The notes beneath the pieces were generated by a model that did not search any database, had not been told where the DNA came from, and worked only from the letters and a program-made list of their open reading frames with translations. The position numbers were made by a program, and so were the translations under genes. A DNA stretch of 37,466 nucleotides from NCBI GenBank assembly GCA_009602735.1, contig WELA01003469.1:498584-536049 (forward strand), read 5' to 3'. Origin of the DNA: Mesotaenium endlicherianum (taxonomy: Eukaryota). Shown here piece by piece: positions 1 to 11,500 of the stretch (positions are counted from its first letter, which is position 1; each line of letters starts with the position of its first letter).

Positions 1-49
1 GGGGGGGTGCGTGGGCGGGGTCTCTTGTGAGAGCAAGTGAGCTGCTTAC

Positions 50-1301
50 CTGGCTTTGGCTTCTTTTGCTCCTCGCCGCATTGACCTACACGCGCACAGA
101 CAGACAGACGAACAGATGGACGGACGGACAGAATGAGAGAGAGCGCATGCACTGATTCGCTGCACATCTGCTCTCCACACACACATGCACCTCCCGCCCG
201 TGAATCTGGTTTGAGACCCATGGGGGTGGAGCCCATCCGCAAGCAGCGCAGACATTTCAGATCGGAACATGGCGTGGAAAACTTGTGCGCAAGGCACTGG
301 ACAGCGCCGGATCTCTCTCTGCAGCAAGCAAGCCACCCACAAGAAGGAGAGGTTAACCTCTAGCCATGCATGATAGTGAGAGAGAAAGGGGGGGGGAGGG
401 GGGAGAGAGAGACTCACCACCACATGGGGATGGCGATGAGGGGCGAGAAGAGCACCCAGCGCGTGCCCAGCCCCGTGAGCACTGACAGCTCAAACGCCGC
501 CCACTGCCCTCCCCACCCCCAACACACACGCGCAAGCGCGCGCACTCCGTGCCAGCCTCAGCTCCCTTGCTCCTCACGCATGCAGGGGCCTGATGGACGT
601 GCCACCCCCCAGATGCACCAGGCATGCTGACGGGAGCAGCAGAGGGAGGCCGCGTCGTTGGCTGCCTGTGACACTTCCAGGTGTACGGGCGCTGGAGGAA
701 AACATATTGCAGTGCACTGCGGCATAAGACGAGGGCTCTGCGAGGGGGCTGAGCACTACGGCGGGTGCGGGTAGCTCAGAGAAGCATATGTGTTTCTGCG
801 AGGCTGGGACATCGCGGCCGCTGCTGCTGCGGCTGCTGATTGTGAGCGTCGTATTGCAGGCACGGGTAGAGCGCAGGGCGTCAGGTGCTCTCTCACGCAA
901 TCGGCATATGGAGCGGCTCGCAGGCGCATGCGCATGCGTGGGTCATGCAAAAGACTGATGGCTTCACGGAGGAGGAGGAGAAGAAGGAGCAGGCAGCATG
1001 CATGGGAGAGAGCAAGCACGGGAGAGGAGTAAAAATTTCTTTTGAAGGGAGTAAAATTTCGTTGGGGGGGAAAGGTGAGTCGCAAGAAGGAGGCGCCCAC
1101 TCACGCGCTCTGCAATGAACTCAAACACGCCGGCGAACCACGTGAACAGCGACTCGCCCTCTGCCAGCGGGTTGAAGTCCATCACCTGCTCTCTCTCAAT
1201 CACACACACCCACACAAAAGCCGAGGGGCGCCGGCACCAGGAGACGGAAGGAGAGGAGAGGAGAGGAGAGAAGAATACAAAAACAGTTCAGGGGAAGAGA
1301 C

Positions 1302-1377
<76 letters not shown>

Positions 1378-1398
1378 NNNNNNNNNNNNNNNNNNNNN

Positions 1399-1446
<48 letters not shown>

Positions 1447-4240
1447 GAAAATGAATCCAAGTGCCTGTTGGGCGTGAGAGCAAGAAATGCAGCGAGGGCG
1501 ACGAGCAGCACAAGCGTGGAAAATCGCACGACCAGGAGAGTGATGCTACCTGGCACCCTCGAGCAATGCAGAAGTCAGCAGCCGGATGGAGCGGCGGCGG
1601 CGGCAGCGGCAGCAGCGGCGGTGCCAGATTTACGAGATAAAGAAGCGGCGAGAGAGGAGCCTCGACTGCAACTCAGCCAAACGGCAGAAAGAGCAGCAGC
1701 AGTGGCGCCACTGCCTCCATCTGGGACACTAGTTCTCGACGGCCCATCTAGCGGCCAGACGTGCGAGGACCTCGTCCAGCAGCAGCTGCTTTCAGAGAGA
1801 GCATAGCTGCACAGATGCTGTCGACCAGACTTGCAAAAGCAAGAGAGGGGGAGGCAGCTGGAAGGGGGTGGGGGGGGAGGGGGGTGGGGGTGGAGCGCAC
1901 AAATTCAATGAAGGAGGACCACGTGTCCACGATGTTGCCGAAGGCCTTCTGCAGCACATTGTCCGCCTCCTGTGGCCCAATGACAGCCCCCACCCAGCCA
2001 AGCCAGCCAGCCAGCAGGAAAGCCAGCACGCACACGCCTTTGGTGGGTCAACCACTCTGGATCTTGAAGCCTTGTAAAGGCAAGAAGCCAGAAGAAGCTG
2101 CAAGGAGACAGGGAGGGAGATGGAGAGGGAGGAAGGGAGAGGGTGGGTGAGGGGGAGATAGAGAGGGGGGGTGAGGAGGAGATGGAGAGGGGGGNGGGGG
2201 AGGAGAGGGAAGGACTCACGCCACCAGCGTCCTTGTCGAAGTCGAGAAGCTCCTTGACCTCCTTGTCCAGCAGGTCGGGCGTCACCTGCACACACGCGCC
2301 CAGCAGACGCTCCCGCCTCCCCCCTTCAGCCATCCCCATCCTAAGCAGCAGCAACAGCAGTACTCAGCACCTGCTGTTGCAGCTGCAAGTGTTGCATCTC
2401 GATGGGATGCGGGCCTTGTGCCCTCTGCCAGTGGCCCGCTGGCATATGGCAATGCATTTGATCTCTCTTCTGCGATTGAAGGGCAAGTGACGGGATACTA
2501 AAGGGCATGCAATGCGGGGCAGTGGCGTGCAGGACAGTGGCACTCACGGCAGCGGAGCCGCTGACGATGGTAATGGCCTTCTCCAGAAGCTGCCCAGTCA
2601 GCAGTACCGCCCCCCACACCCCCCACCCACCACCCACATCCAAATTGATCCATCCATCCCACCCATACACCAACAAACGCACACCCACCCATCCATGCAC
2701 CCAATCACATACACACACACAGATCCACCCCCACCCATTGGCACACACACACATCCAGAGTGGGTGAGAGAGGGAGAGACAAACATAGAGAGAGCACCAC
2801 AAAACAGAGGCCGGGTCGGGGACCAGATGCCTCCGCCAGGTGTGCCTGCGCGTGGAGCCTGAAACTGCGGGCCCTGACATCGCCACTTTATGCCCCACCC
2901 CTCCTCTGCCGGTCCATACAACAACCTCAAGCAGGCAGTACGCTTGCTGACTGACAGCTGAAACCAGGGCTCAGTTTCTTCTCTCCGACGGTAACTAGCA
3001 GCTAGAGAGGTCTGGTGCCGTAGGCGGGCAACAAGTTTAAGAGGTGTCGGCGGGGCCAGGCTGGCCCTGTGAAGCTATTTGCAAAGCAGTCAGCTGCTGC
3101 GAGGGACGACGACTTGGTGCGCCACAGCACCGCTGCCTGACGCTACCCAAACTTTGCCTCTACCTCAGCACACGGCATGAAGATGCTCTTTGGGACAGGC
3201 GGGACCAGTGCTCACCCTGTCGCCTCGGAAGCTTGCAAGGATGGACTCAAAGGCCTGCTCCGATTTCTTCAGCTGCCACACTCAATAACACCGACGCCAG
3301 TGCACTGTCAGCGTGCTGCTGCCCTGAGAAGAAAGCACCTGGCTGCTCCAGAGCAGTCCAGAGCCGGCAGAGCAGGCGTACAACAGAGGCTCAGGTGCGA
3401 ATGCAATCGACAGAGGACCACAGTTGTGCCCACCATTGAAAATGTTCAGTTCAGTTCTGCAGCAAATGCCGAGGGTCTCGCAGCTTTTTCCCTCAGCTAA
3501 CCAGGGCCACTCTTTCACACCAGTGGGTGGATAAGGGGAGACAATATTTAGCACCCTTTTTGCGCTTTTTTGCGCAAACGGGCGGGTGGATTAGGAGGAG
3601 AAGAAATTAGGTGGTGTACATAGAAGAGCAGCAGTACCTTTTCTACAGCTCCGGCTGATGCAGTGCCATCGGAGAAGGCGACCAATCCGCCACTAAGTTC
3701 GAATTGCATCCCAGGGCTCAGGAAGAGGCACAGAGCTAACAAGCCCCCCACTACAGCCCGCCTAGCTTCAGGAGACTTCTCTAGACATCCTTGCATAGTC
3801 TCTCTGAGTATCTCCAAATCCCTCCTGAAAATATCAGCCACAGTTGCCCTCAAGCTTTCCCTTTTCATGGCTGTAGTGGCCTGAAATCGAGTCGACGCAT
3901 TCTGCCCAAGCCTCTTGCTAAACGAGCTGCTCAACTTCCGCTTCGAATGACAAATGGATACGTCCCCACCGTCCTGCTTCTTTGGCACTAGTTGCGAAAC
4001 TAAGAAACTATTGCAAAAATTTTCAGAGCCCTGATTAGCTTTGTGTGCTGTGAGTTGAGGCGCAAACGAAAGTAAAACCTGTCCACAAGAGCCGCATTTG
4101 TTCAGTGTGACTTTGCTCCGTAAAGCTATACTTCTGGGAGCAGAGGACGAAGAGCATGTGCTCCTATGAGAACCTACTCGAGGAAATGCATTTCTTACTC
4201 TCGGTCGTAAAAGTGCAGGGTTCATTGATATGGCACTCAT
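50..4240 (-). CDS. Uncharacterised plastid (probably thylakoid) membrane protein; 3'-partial, continues past the window start
   Basis: Phase-consistent GT-AG exons: 4240-3638 (MSAISMNPALL...GTASAGAVEK), 2589-2548 (LLEKAITIVSGSAA), 2285-2220 (VTPDLLDKEVKELLDFDKDAGG), 1969-1901 (EADNVLQKAFGNIVDTWSSFIEF), 1185-1105 (VMDFNPLAEGESLFTWFAGVFEFIAER), 503-418 (WAAFELSVLTGLGTRWVLFSPLIAIPMW), 85-50 (SMRRGAKEAKA). S/R-rich, acid-poor N-terminus (transit-peptide-like), then RR + hydrophobic stretch + ASA, and a hydrophobic segment in exon 6. Family not recognised. Confidence 0.8.
1304..1445. repeat. (GA)n microsatellite with internal N gap, in intron 4 of gene 1
   Basis: Pure AG dinucleotide run interrupted by N at 1378-1398. 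Confidence 0.95.
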
Positions 4241-5828
4241 CACAGCGCTACCTCAAAAGCTCGAGAGCGTCTTACAGATTTGATGTAGTCTTATGTAGTG
4301 TCTATTAAACAGGTGACCAAAACGAAAATATATCCTTAGCGAAACTCAAAGGCCGGCGTGCGAAAGTAAGAGAGCTCATCAGGGTCAAAAGTTTATCGCT
4401 CTGTCATCAACGTCACTGGCTAAGCATGTCTTGCATAGTAAGAAACTCTCGAGTCGTCACTACTCACAAACCTATCTGCTTTGAGAGTTCACCACGCAGA
4501 CCAAATGGCCCCTCTCAGGGAGCCTGTGGTGCAATGCAGTGCTGCAGAAACGGGAGGTGGAGGCGAGAGACGTGGCTGAACGAGGTCGAAGTACACTTCG
4601 GCGGTTCTCATGTCATGCAGTAGTCTCTCGTGTGCTTCTTCCGTGTGGTATATGCCGATGTTGTACTTTTATGCACTTTTTTGTTTGACTTCAGGCACTT
4701 TTGAACTATATGGGCATATATGGGTACTTTTGGGCTGGAATTTGGTGGGATTGCTTGGACTGGCCTGGACCCGTCAGGGCCGTCACCCACTTGGACCTAT
4801 TCAAACCGACTCGAACATAAAGCCATCGTCCATCCACGTTGTGAAAAAGGAACTTCACGAATTGCACGTATATCTTGCTAATCTGAGTTCTCCAGCTCTT
4901 CTCAACTTTTTTGGGCTCCGGGGTCCGCCCCCCCCTCATGCAAACATTCGGACGGTCTTCTGCGACGGGACATGCAGTCATGCCAAGTCATGCAGTGAGC
5001 CCACATTAGGCAACATTAGGCTTAAGCGGGTGTGACCGGGTGCCATAATTTGGCACCTGTACTGCCGTGTATTGGGTGAGGGTTTTCTCGCTTGACAGAA
5101 GGTATCGACAGATTTTTACCAGCTTTCACCAGTGTTCAATCTCAAACAGGCCATCAATAGTGGTAGTGTGAATTGGAGCTGATCGTAACGTAGCCTACCG
5201 TAGGCCTCAATAGAAGGGCATATTTTTGCCATGAAGCGTATAAAACTGCGTATATAAAGTTGTATCATTGACGGCTTGCTGAGAGCTCAAGAGCTCGACT
5301 CGTGCGCTTGCGTGCACTAAAAAATGTGTGTCCTACAACGTCAATTGCATGCGATTTAAGTCATTTGGTCAAGGCATGCAGGCGCGTATATCTTGGAATG
5401 TAATTCACGTGCTTATGAAATGCATGTGCTTATAAGGTGCTCGGGGGAGCGCGGTGTGGAAAGGAAGCTTGTTCAGAGAGAGCTACTGCACAGAGATTAT
5501 ACACTAGTTTGAAAGCAACATGCTCGGACAGACGGTGAAAAGAGTCAAAGATGCAATATGCTTAGAGTGTTTTAGCAGTCTAGTCGCACGGGGTGGATGA
5601 TCATGCTATATGCTACTGACTTGAGGACCATATTATTGCGCTGGTTACACAAGGAGGTAATGGCGTCAGTTGATATCGGAAGAAGTGATTGTGCTTCTTG
5701 TAGCTTCACATGCCTGTCATTTTGCCGAAGCTGCTCGTCACATGTCCCATTCATTCGAAGCTAGCCTTCCGTAAGTATATCCTCAATGCCCCGTGGATAT
5801 TCCTCGTTCCCTTGCGTTCAATTTACCC

Positions 5829-8520
5829 ATGAGCAGTAGTGAGTACAGACGAGGTATATTAAATAATTCCTTACGGTCAAATCCAGGTACTCGTGAGACT
5901 CGTCCGCCCATCTCTGGGGTAGTAGGAAGGGGACCTTCGAAGCCAAAGATAGGAACCTCGAGCACAAAGAATAGACCTCCAAAACCAAAAAAAGGACCTT
6001 CAGATTTGTCAGGACGTACCCAGAAGCTACACACAGGACCGTCAAAGAAGGAAATGGAAGTAGCTCAGAAGGAAGAGGAGAAGCCATTCTATGCAGGCAA
6101 GCTGGAGACATATAAGATGATCATGGAGACTGTCTATGGCAGGTGCCGTCTTGCCTCATAATACTTTTTTAATCAATACATTTCAGGCCAGTTCTGTTAT
6201 AAAGTCCAATTTCATAATATGCCTCATTGAAAGACACAGCTTCCTGCTATGCATTTAGGGTGACCCTTGTCAACGATAGCAGGATGTGGGCTCCCCTTCT
6301 GACCACCAAAGGAAGCGAGACTTCCACCAGTCCATCTCCTTGCCAGCGCCCCTCCACTCATTCCTGCAGGTTCCAGCAGTGCAAAAAAAGCTTCGAACAG
6401 CTGCAGCCAGCATTGTATGGCTTCAGGCCCGAGGATGACCATGACTATACCTGTTCCGATTGAGCAGTAAATTTAACATAGAAAGAAGTCAGGAGAACGG
6501 GCATCCGCAGTGCAACCATGTCTTCAGCTTGGTGCAGCATGGTGACGCTGCTGCCGCCAGGAGATTCCAACAGAAGAGCTTTCACTGTCCGTCGGCCTTC
6601 TGGTTGTAGTGGACCCCTCATGCATGAGAACACAATTATGCTCACCGACGCCTCAAGCCGTGCCGCATGCAGGTGCAAAGACATCGCCACCTGGAAGCCT
6701 CAGGCGTATGCAGAGGGGAAGGGCCGCTACCTGTGGACTGACGCGTTTGGCGTGTGCAACTACGTGACGCTCTTCTACGAGACTGGCGACCCGCTCTTTC
6801 TTCAGCAGGTACTGCTTAGTCGTCCTTGATCGCGAGGCTTTCCCTGCTTGTGCCTGCTCAGCCCCGTGACTCGTTGCATCTTTTGTAGCCCCTGCCTGCC
6901 GTCGTGCACGCGTGCATGTGTGAGCCGTAATCAATACATGGGGCCTACGGAAGCTCCACGTCCCCACTAGGTGCTCCTCGTGAGACGGCAAGTGGCAGCA
7001 AAGGTGCTGAAGCGCACAATGGCTGGCATGTAACGGCCATGGTTCTTTTTTGCACGCTCTGGAAGCTCTCCAGCCCAGCCCGCTGTTTGTGTCAGCTTGC
7101 GAGCGAAGAAGAAGCCGAAGAAGCAACCCTCAACATATTGTGTCGTTGCCCTCTTGTCACGCTCTCAGAGGAGGCAGGCAGGAAGGCTGCCTGCAGGCCT
7201 TATGAGATTCCGCACTTAACGAGGCGTTGTCAGTGAAGGCTGCCTCATCAGAGAGAGGTAGCTTAGGGATGCAAGTCTCGTTGTGCTGCTTGCTCGCTGG
7301 GAGGCCTCTCACGCCCGCCTGCAGGCAGAGGTGCTGGTGGAGGAGGTGCACAACGTGCTGGGGAGGGATCGCGAGGGGAAGGCTCGCCTCGGCTCCGCCA
7401 CCGACTCCGAGCCTCTCAAGTGAGCTCCCTTCGCTGGTCCACCCCCCCCCCCNNNNNNNNNNNNNNNNNNNNNNNNNNNNNNNNNNNNNNNNNNNNNNNN
7501 NNNNNNNNNNNNNNNNNNNNNNNNNNNNNNNNNNNNNNNNNNNNNNNNNNNNNNNNNNCCCCCCCCCCCCCCCCCCCCGGCGGGCACGCACACTCCCGCT
7601 GGCTGGCTGGCTTCCCGCCGGAGCAAAAGGAGAGTGGAGTTGCGCGCGCGATGGAGCGCCTGCTGTTTTACGTTGCCACAACTGCAGGGCCCGCTTCTCT
7701 GGTGCGGTGCTCGAGTAGAGAGGCGGCGCAGGCACTACTGCCGCAGCTCCAGGGATGTGACCCAGCCTCGGCGGATGCATGTGTGTTACATACATGTACA
7801 TGCAGATGTACGCATGTATACGTACTTGTAATCAAAGTGGATGGTAATGTGCACGCGCAAATGTTTTGCATTCGGGAACATACACGTGCTGGCGCTATTG
7901 CAGGCAGTGTCCCACACTGTCTGCTTGCCCATCACACACAAATCCATGCGGCACTTCAACAACCACTATTGTTATCACTACTTCTACCACCACCGCTGCT
8001 GCTGCTGCTGTTGCGGCGGCGGCGGCGGCGACGACGGCAACGATGGCGGCGGCGGCGGTGGCGGCAGGGGCCATGCCATAGCAGGCTTGGTTGGCATAGG
8101 TCATCCTACCTACTTGCTGACGCAGCAGCTCCCCTCTTCTCCTTCACTCCCTCTCTCTCTTTCTCACCCTCTGTGTGTGTGTGTGTACGTGTGTATGTAT
8201 GCATGCGAGCGTACGCGCGTGAGTGGGTGGTTGGATGTGGCCGGGCTGTGCAGGGGAGGCCTGAGGATAGGGAAGCCGGGCGAGGAGCACGAGGTGGACA
8301 GGACGGGCAGTACTTCCACTACCTCACCAAGTGGATGTTTGCGCTCGCCACGCTGTCCACCGCCACCGCAAACCCCAGGTGAGCTGCTGTTGCTGTCAGT
8401 CGGTCTGCGCACGAGCCGCTCCGCCTTCGTCTCCAACCCCACATGCTGCACTCTCCCTCTGTGTCTCTCCCTCTGTCTCTCTCTCTCTCTTACACACGCG
8501 CACACACTCACGTACGCATA

Positions 8521-8551
<31 letters not shown>

Positions 8552-11500
8552 CATGCACACGCACGCACGCACGCGCGCACACCTGTGTGTGCTTCTGTTG
8601 CATCGCTGCTAACTCGTGGCTGCTGCAGCCATGTGTTGTTGGGATGCCACAAACCCAAGGAGCAGCGGCCTTGCAGGATCCGTGCAGGCCCTCTCAGCTG
8701 CGGACACCTGGCGCCTCACTCTGGTCCGCTGCCTTGCCCGCTGCCTGCTGCCTCCAGCATGCTAGCCAGGCTTGTCCCCTGCTCCCACCTGGCGCGTGCA
8801 TGCAGGTACAACGAGCTGGCGATCCAGCTTGCGCGGAGCACCTTCCCCCACTTTGTGAGGGTGAACGTGCAGAGTGGTAGTAAGCGCCTGGTGTGGAAGG
8901 TCTCCATCGACATGAAGTGCACTCTTGTGCCCTCTGAGGGAAACCTCGACCCGTTTGACGGCTACATCACTTTCCGGTGCGCCCCCCCCCCNNNNNNNNN
9001 NNNNNNNNNNNNNNNNNNNNNNNNNNNNNNNNNNNNNNNNNNNNNNNNNNNNNNNNNNNNNNNNNNNNNNNNNNNNNNNNNNNNNNNNNNNNNNNNNNNN
9101 NNNNNNNNNNNNNNNNNNNNNNNNNNNNNNNNNNNNNNNNNNNNNNNNNNNNNNNNNNNNNNNNNNNNNNNNNNNNNNNNNNNNNNNNNNNNNNNNNNNN
9201 NNNNNNNNNNNNNNNNNNNNNNNNNNNNNNNNNNNNNNNNNNNNNNNNNNNNNNNNNNNNNNNNNNNNNNNNNNNNNNNNNNNNNNNNNNNNNNNNNNNN
9301 NNNNNNNNNNNNNNNNNNNNNNNNNNNNNNNNNNNNNNNNNNNNNNNNNNNNNNNNNNNNNNNNNNNNNNNNNNNNNNNNNNNNNNNNNNNNNNNNNNTC
9401 CCCCCTCGCCGCACCCCCCCTCCCAACTCACCGACCTCCCTCTCCTGCCTTCTTTTGCCTTCTCGGAGGCAGTGGCAACCTGTTCGGCTACTACACAGTC
9501 GATGCTCCTGCCGCGCATGTTCCTGTCGTCCGTGTGTTGCCAACTTTGCCTGCTCCTGCGCTCTTGCTGGTTCAAAAAACTGCCGTGCTCTCCTCCTCGC
9601 TCTTCCAGAGCTTGAGTCTCTGATCGGGCCTGCACTCTACAGCAGGATGCGATTCCCATATTTGTATGTGTATGTATGGATGGATATGTATGTATACATG
9701 TGTACAAATATATACCTCGCTCTCTTCGGACTCCGTTGTCAGTCCCACCCACCATCAGGGCCTTTTGGGCAGGCCCCTATGCCATCCATCGCCGCAGCGC
9801 CACACGCATGCACTGGTCCGCCGCAACTGGCGTGACAAGTGCCAAGTACCCCTGCTGCTCCTCCTCCCACCCATCTGCTACTCTCGCGCGTGCCACTGCT
9901 GCGGCGATGCCGCTCCCTCGTCCTCCTGGACGCCCCATCAGCCCCTCAGCAGGCAGAACCTCGGGGTGCCCAGGGTAGGAGGGAGGGGGTCAGACTTTTT
10001 TGTGAGGGAGGGTGTGGAGGGAGGGAGCGTGCTGGCTGGCAGGCGGGCGGGCGGGCGTACTCAAGCACCCTCTCTCCCACCCACCCACCCACCCACCCAT
10101 CCAGGCGCTCGCTCGCGCTGTGCCTTCTTGCTCCGAGTGAGACTGGCGTGATTGTAATGCGGCGGGTTCACCATGAGATTGGCCGCGTGACTGAAATAAG
10201 GTCACGACAATATCGGATTGGCGTGAGGCCCGTCGAGCGCCCGGAGGGAGTGGCCCGCCGGCTGTCCTGTCAGGCCCGTGCTCGCGGACGCGCGGGCGAG
10301 GCGGCTTTCGGCGAGCGGCGCGCCCCCCGCGTGGGGCGGCCTCGGGACTCATGGGGTGGCCTGCTGCTCCTCTGTGGCGGCGCTCTCCCCGTTGCCAGGA
10401 TCCTGCGCGCCATGGCCAGGAGCCGCGATGTGCTGGCTGACGAGATAGCGACGCTGGAGGCCATGGTGCAGAAGAAGTACCCGCGGTGCGTACCTGCGCC
10501 TGCCTGTGCGTCTGTTTTGCGCACGTGCCCGCATGCATGTGACTGCAGTGCCTACACACATGTGTCTGTGTGCATGCATGTATGTGCGCATGCATGCAGG
10601 TCAGGCTGCATGCACAAGATCGGCCGCAACGCCTGCAGAGGCCCTCAGGAGCGAGGCCGTGGAGGCCCTGAGCTGCGTCTCAACCTGATCTGATCTGCGC
10701 TGTTGATAGAGGTGACAGGGGGGGGGGGGCTACGGCTGGTTGCGTGCGCGCCGGCATGTGGGACCAGCGAGAGTTTGTGTAGCAACTTCGCCTCCTTTCT
10801 CCTGCTCTCTACGTCTCCCTCTCCGTGTGCGTGTGTGTGTGCGTGTGTGTGCGTGTGTGTGTGTATCTCCTCTCTCTCTCTCTCTGTGCATGTGTGCGGC
10901 ACACCCATCACACGACAAAAAGGGCACATCGTTCTGTACAATCTGATGAGCGTCTGAGTGGGTCCTATTGGGTGGGGCCATCGCTGGGTGTGGCAAGACG
11001 TGGCACCTGCACCTCCCTGCTCTCTTCTTGCCTCTTCTGGCCTTCGACAACTCTCGTGCGGGACGACATGCGGGTGCAGCTACGGCAGCAGCGACCCGCT
11101 GGACCTGGGGGAGGCCCTCTGGCTTGCGCACTTCACGGCTGACCGGGAGCCCTGGTCAGCCCACGTGGGGGCCACGTCGGCGTGGGCCCTGGGGTGCCTG
11201 TGGGAGCGGCACTACTTCCAAGCGCTCCTCTCCCACCGCCTCGCCTTCCGAGAGCTGGGCGCCACTCTGGGCGTGCAAGTCCACCCCCTCACGCGCAACA
11301 GCTGGGCACGCCGCGTTGAGTCTATCCACAGGTGCGTGTGTATGTGTGTGTATGTGTGTGCGTGCTTGCGCGCGCGCGCTCGGCGCATGCGTGTTCGCGT
11401 TCTGCACCAGCAGAGGCCCCACAGCCCCGCCCGCGTGGCCTATTCAGGCGCTGGCGGAGAGAGTGTGGTGTGTGGCGGCTACCTGCTGTGGTGGGGCGGG

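Noticed and set aside
1042..1806. 254-aa ORF with (RE)n; also a possible LCSL-stop terminal exon at 1806-1792
   Set aside because: The ORF is a (GA)n translation within an intron. Gene 1 has three further in-phase exons downstream, so the short terminal exon is not needed.
7841..9835. 664-aa plus-strand ORF
   Set aside because: Mostly intron microsatellites and an N gap; only parts of exons 4 and 5 of the spliced gene are coding.
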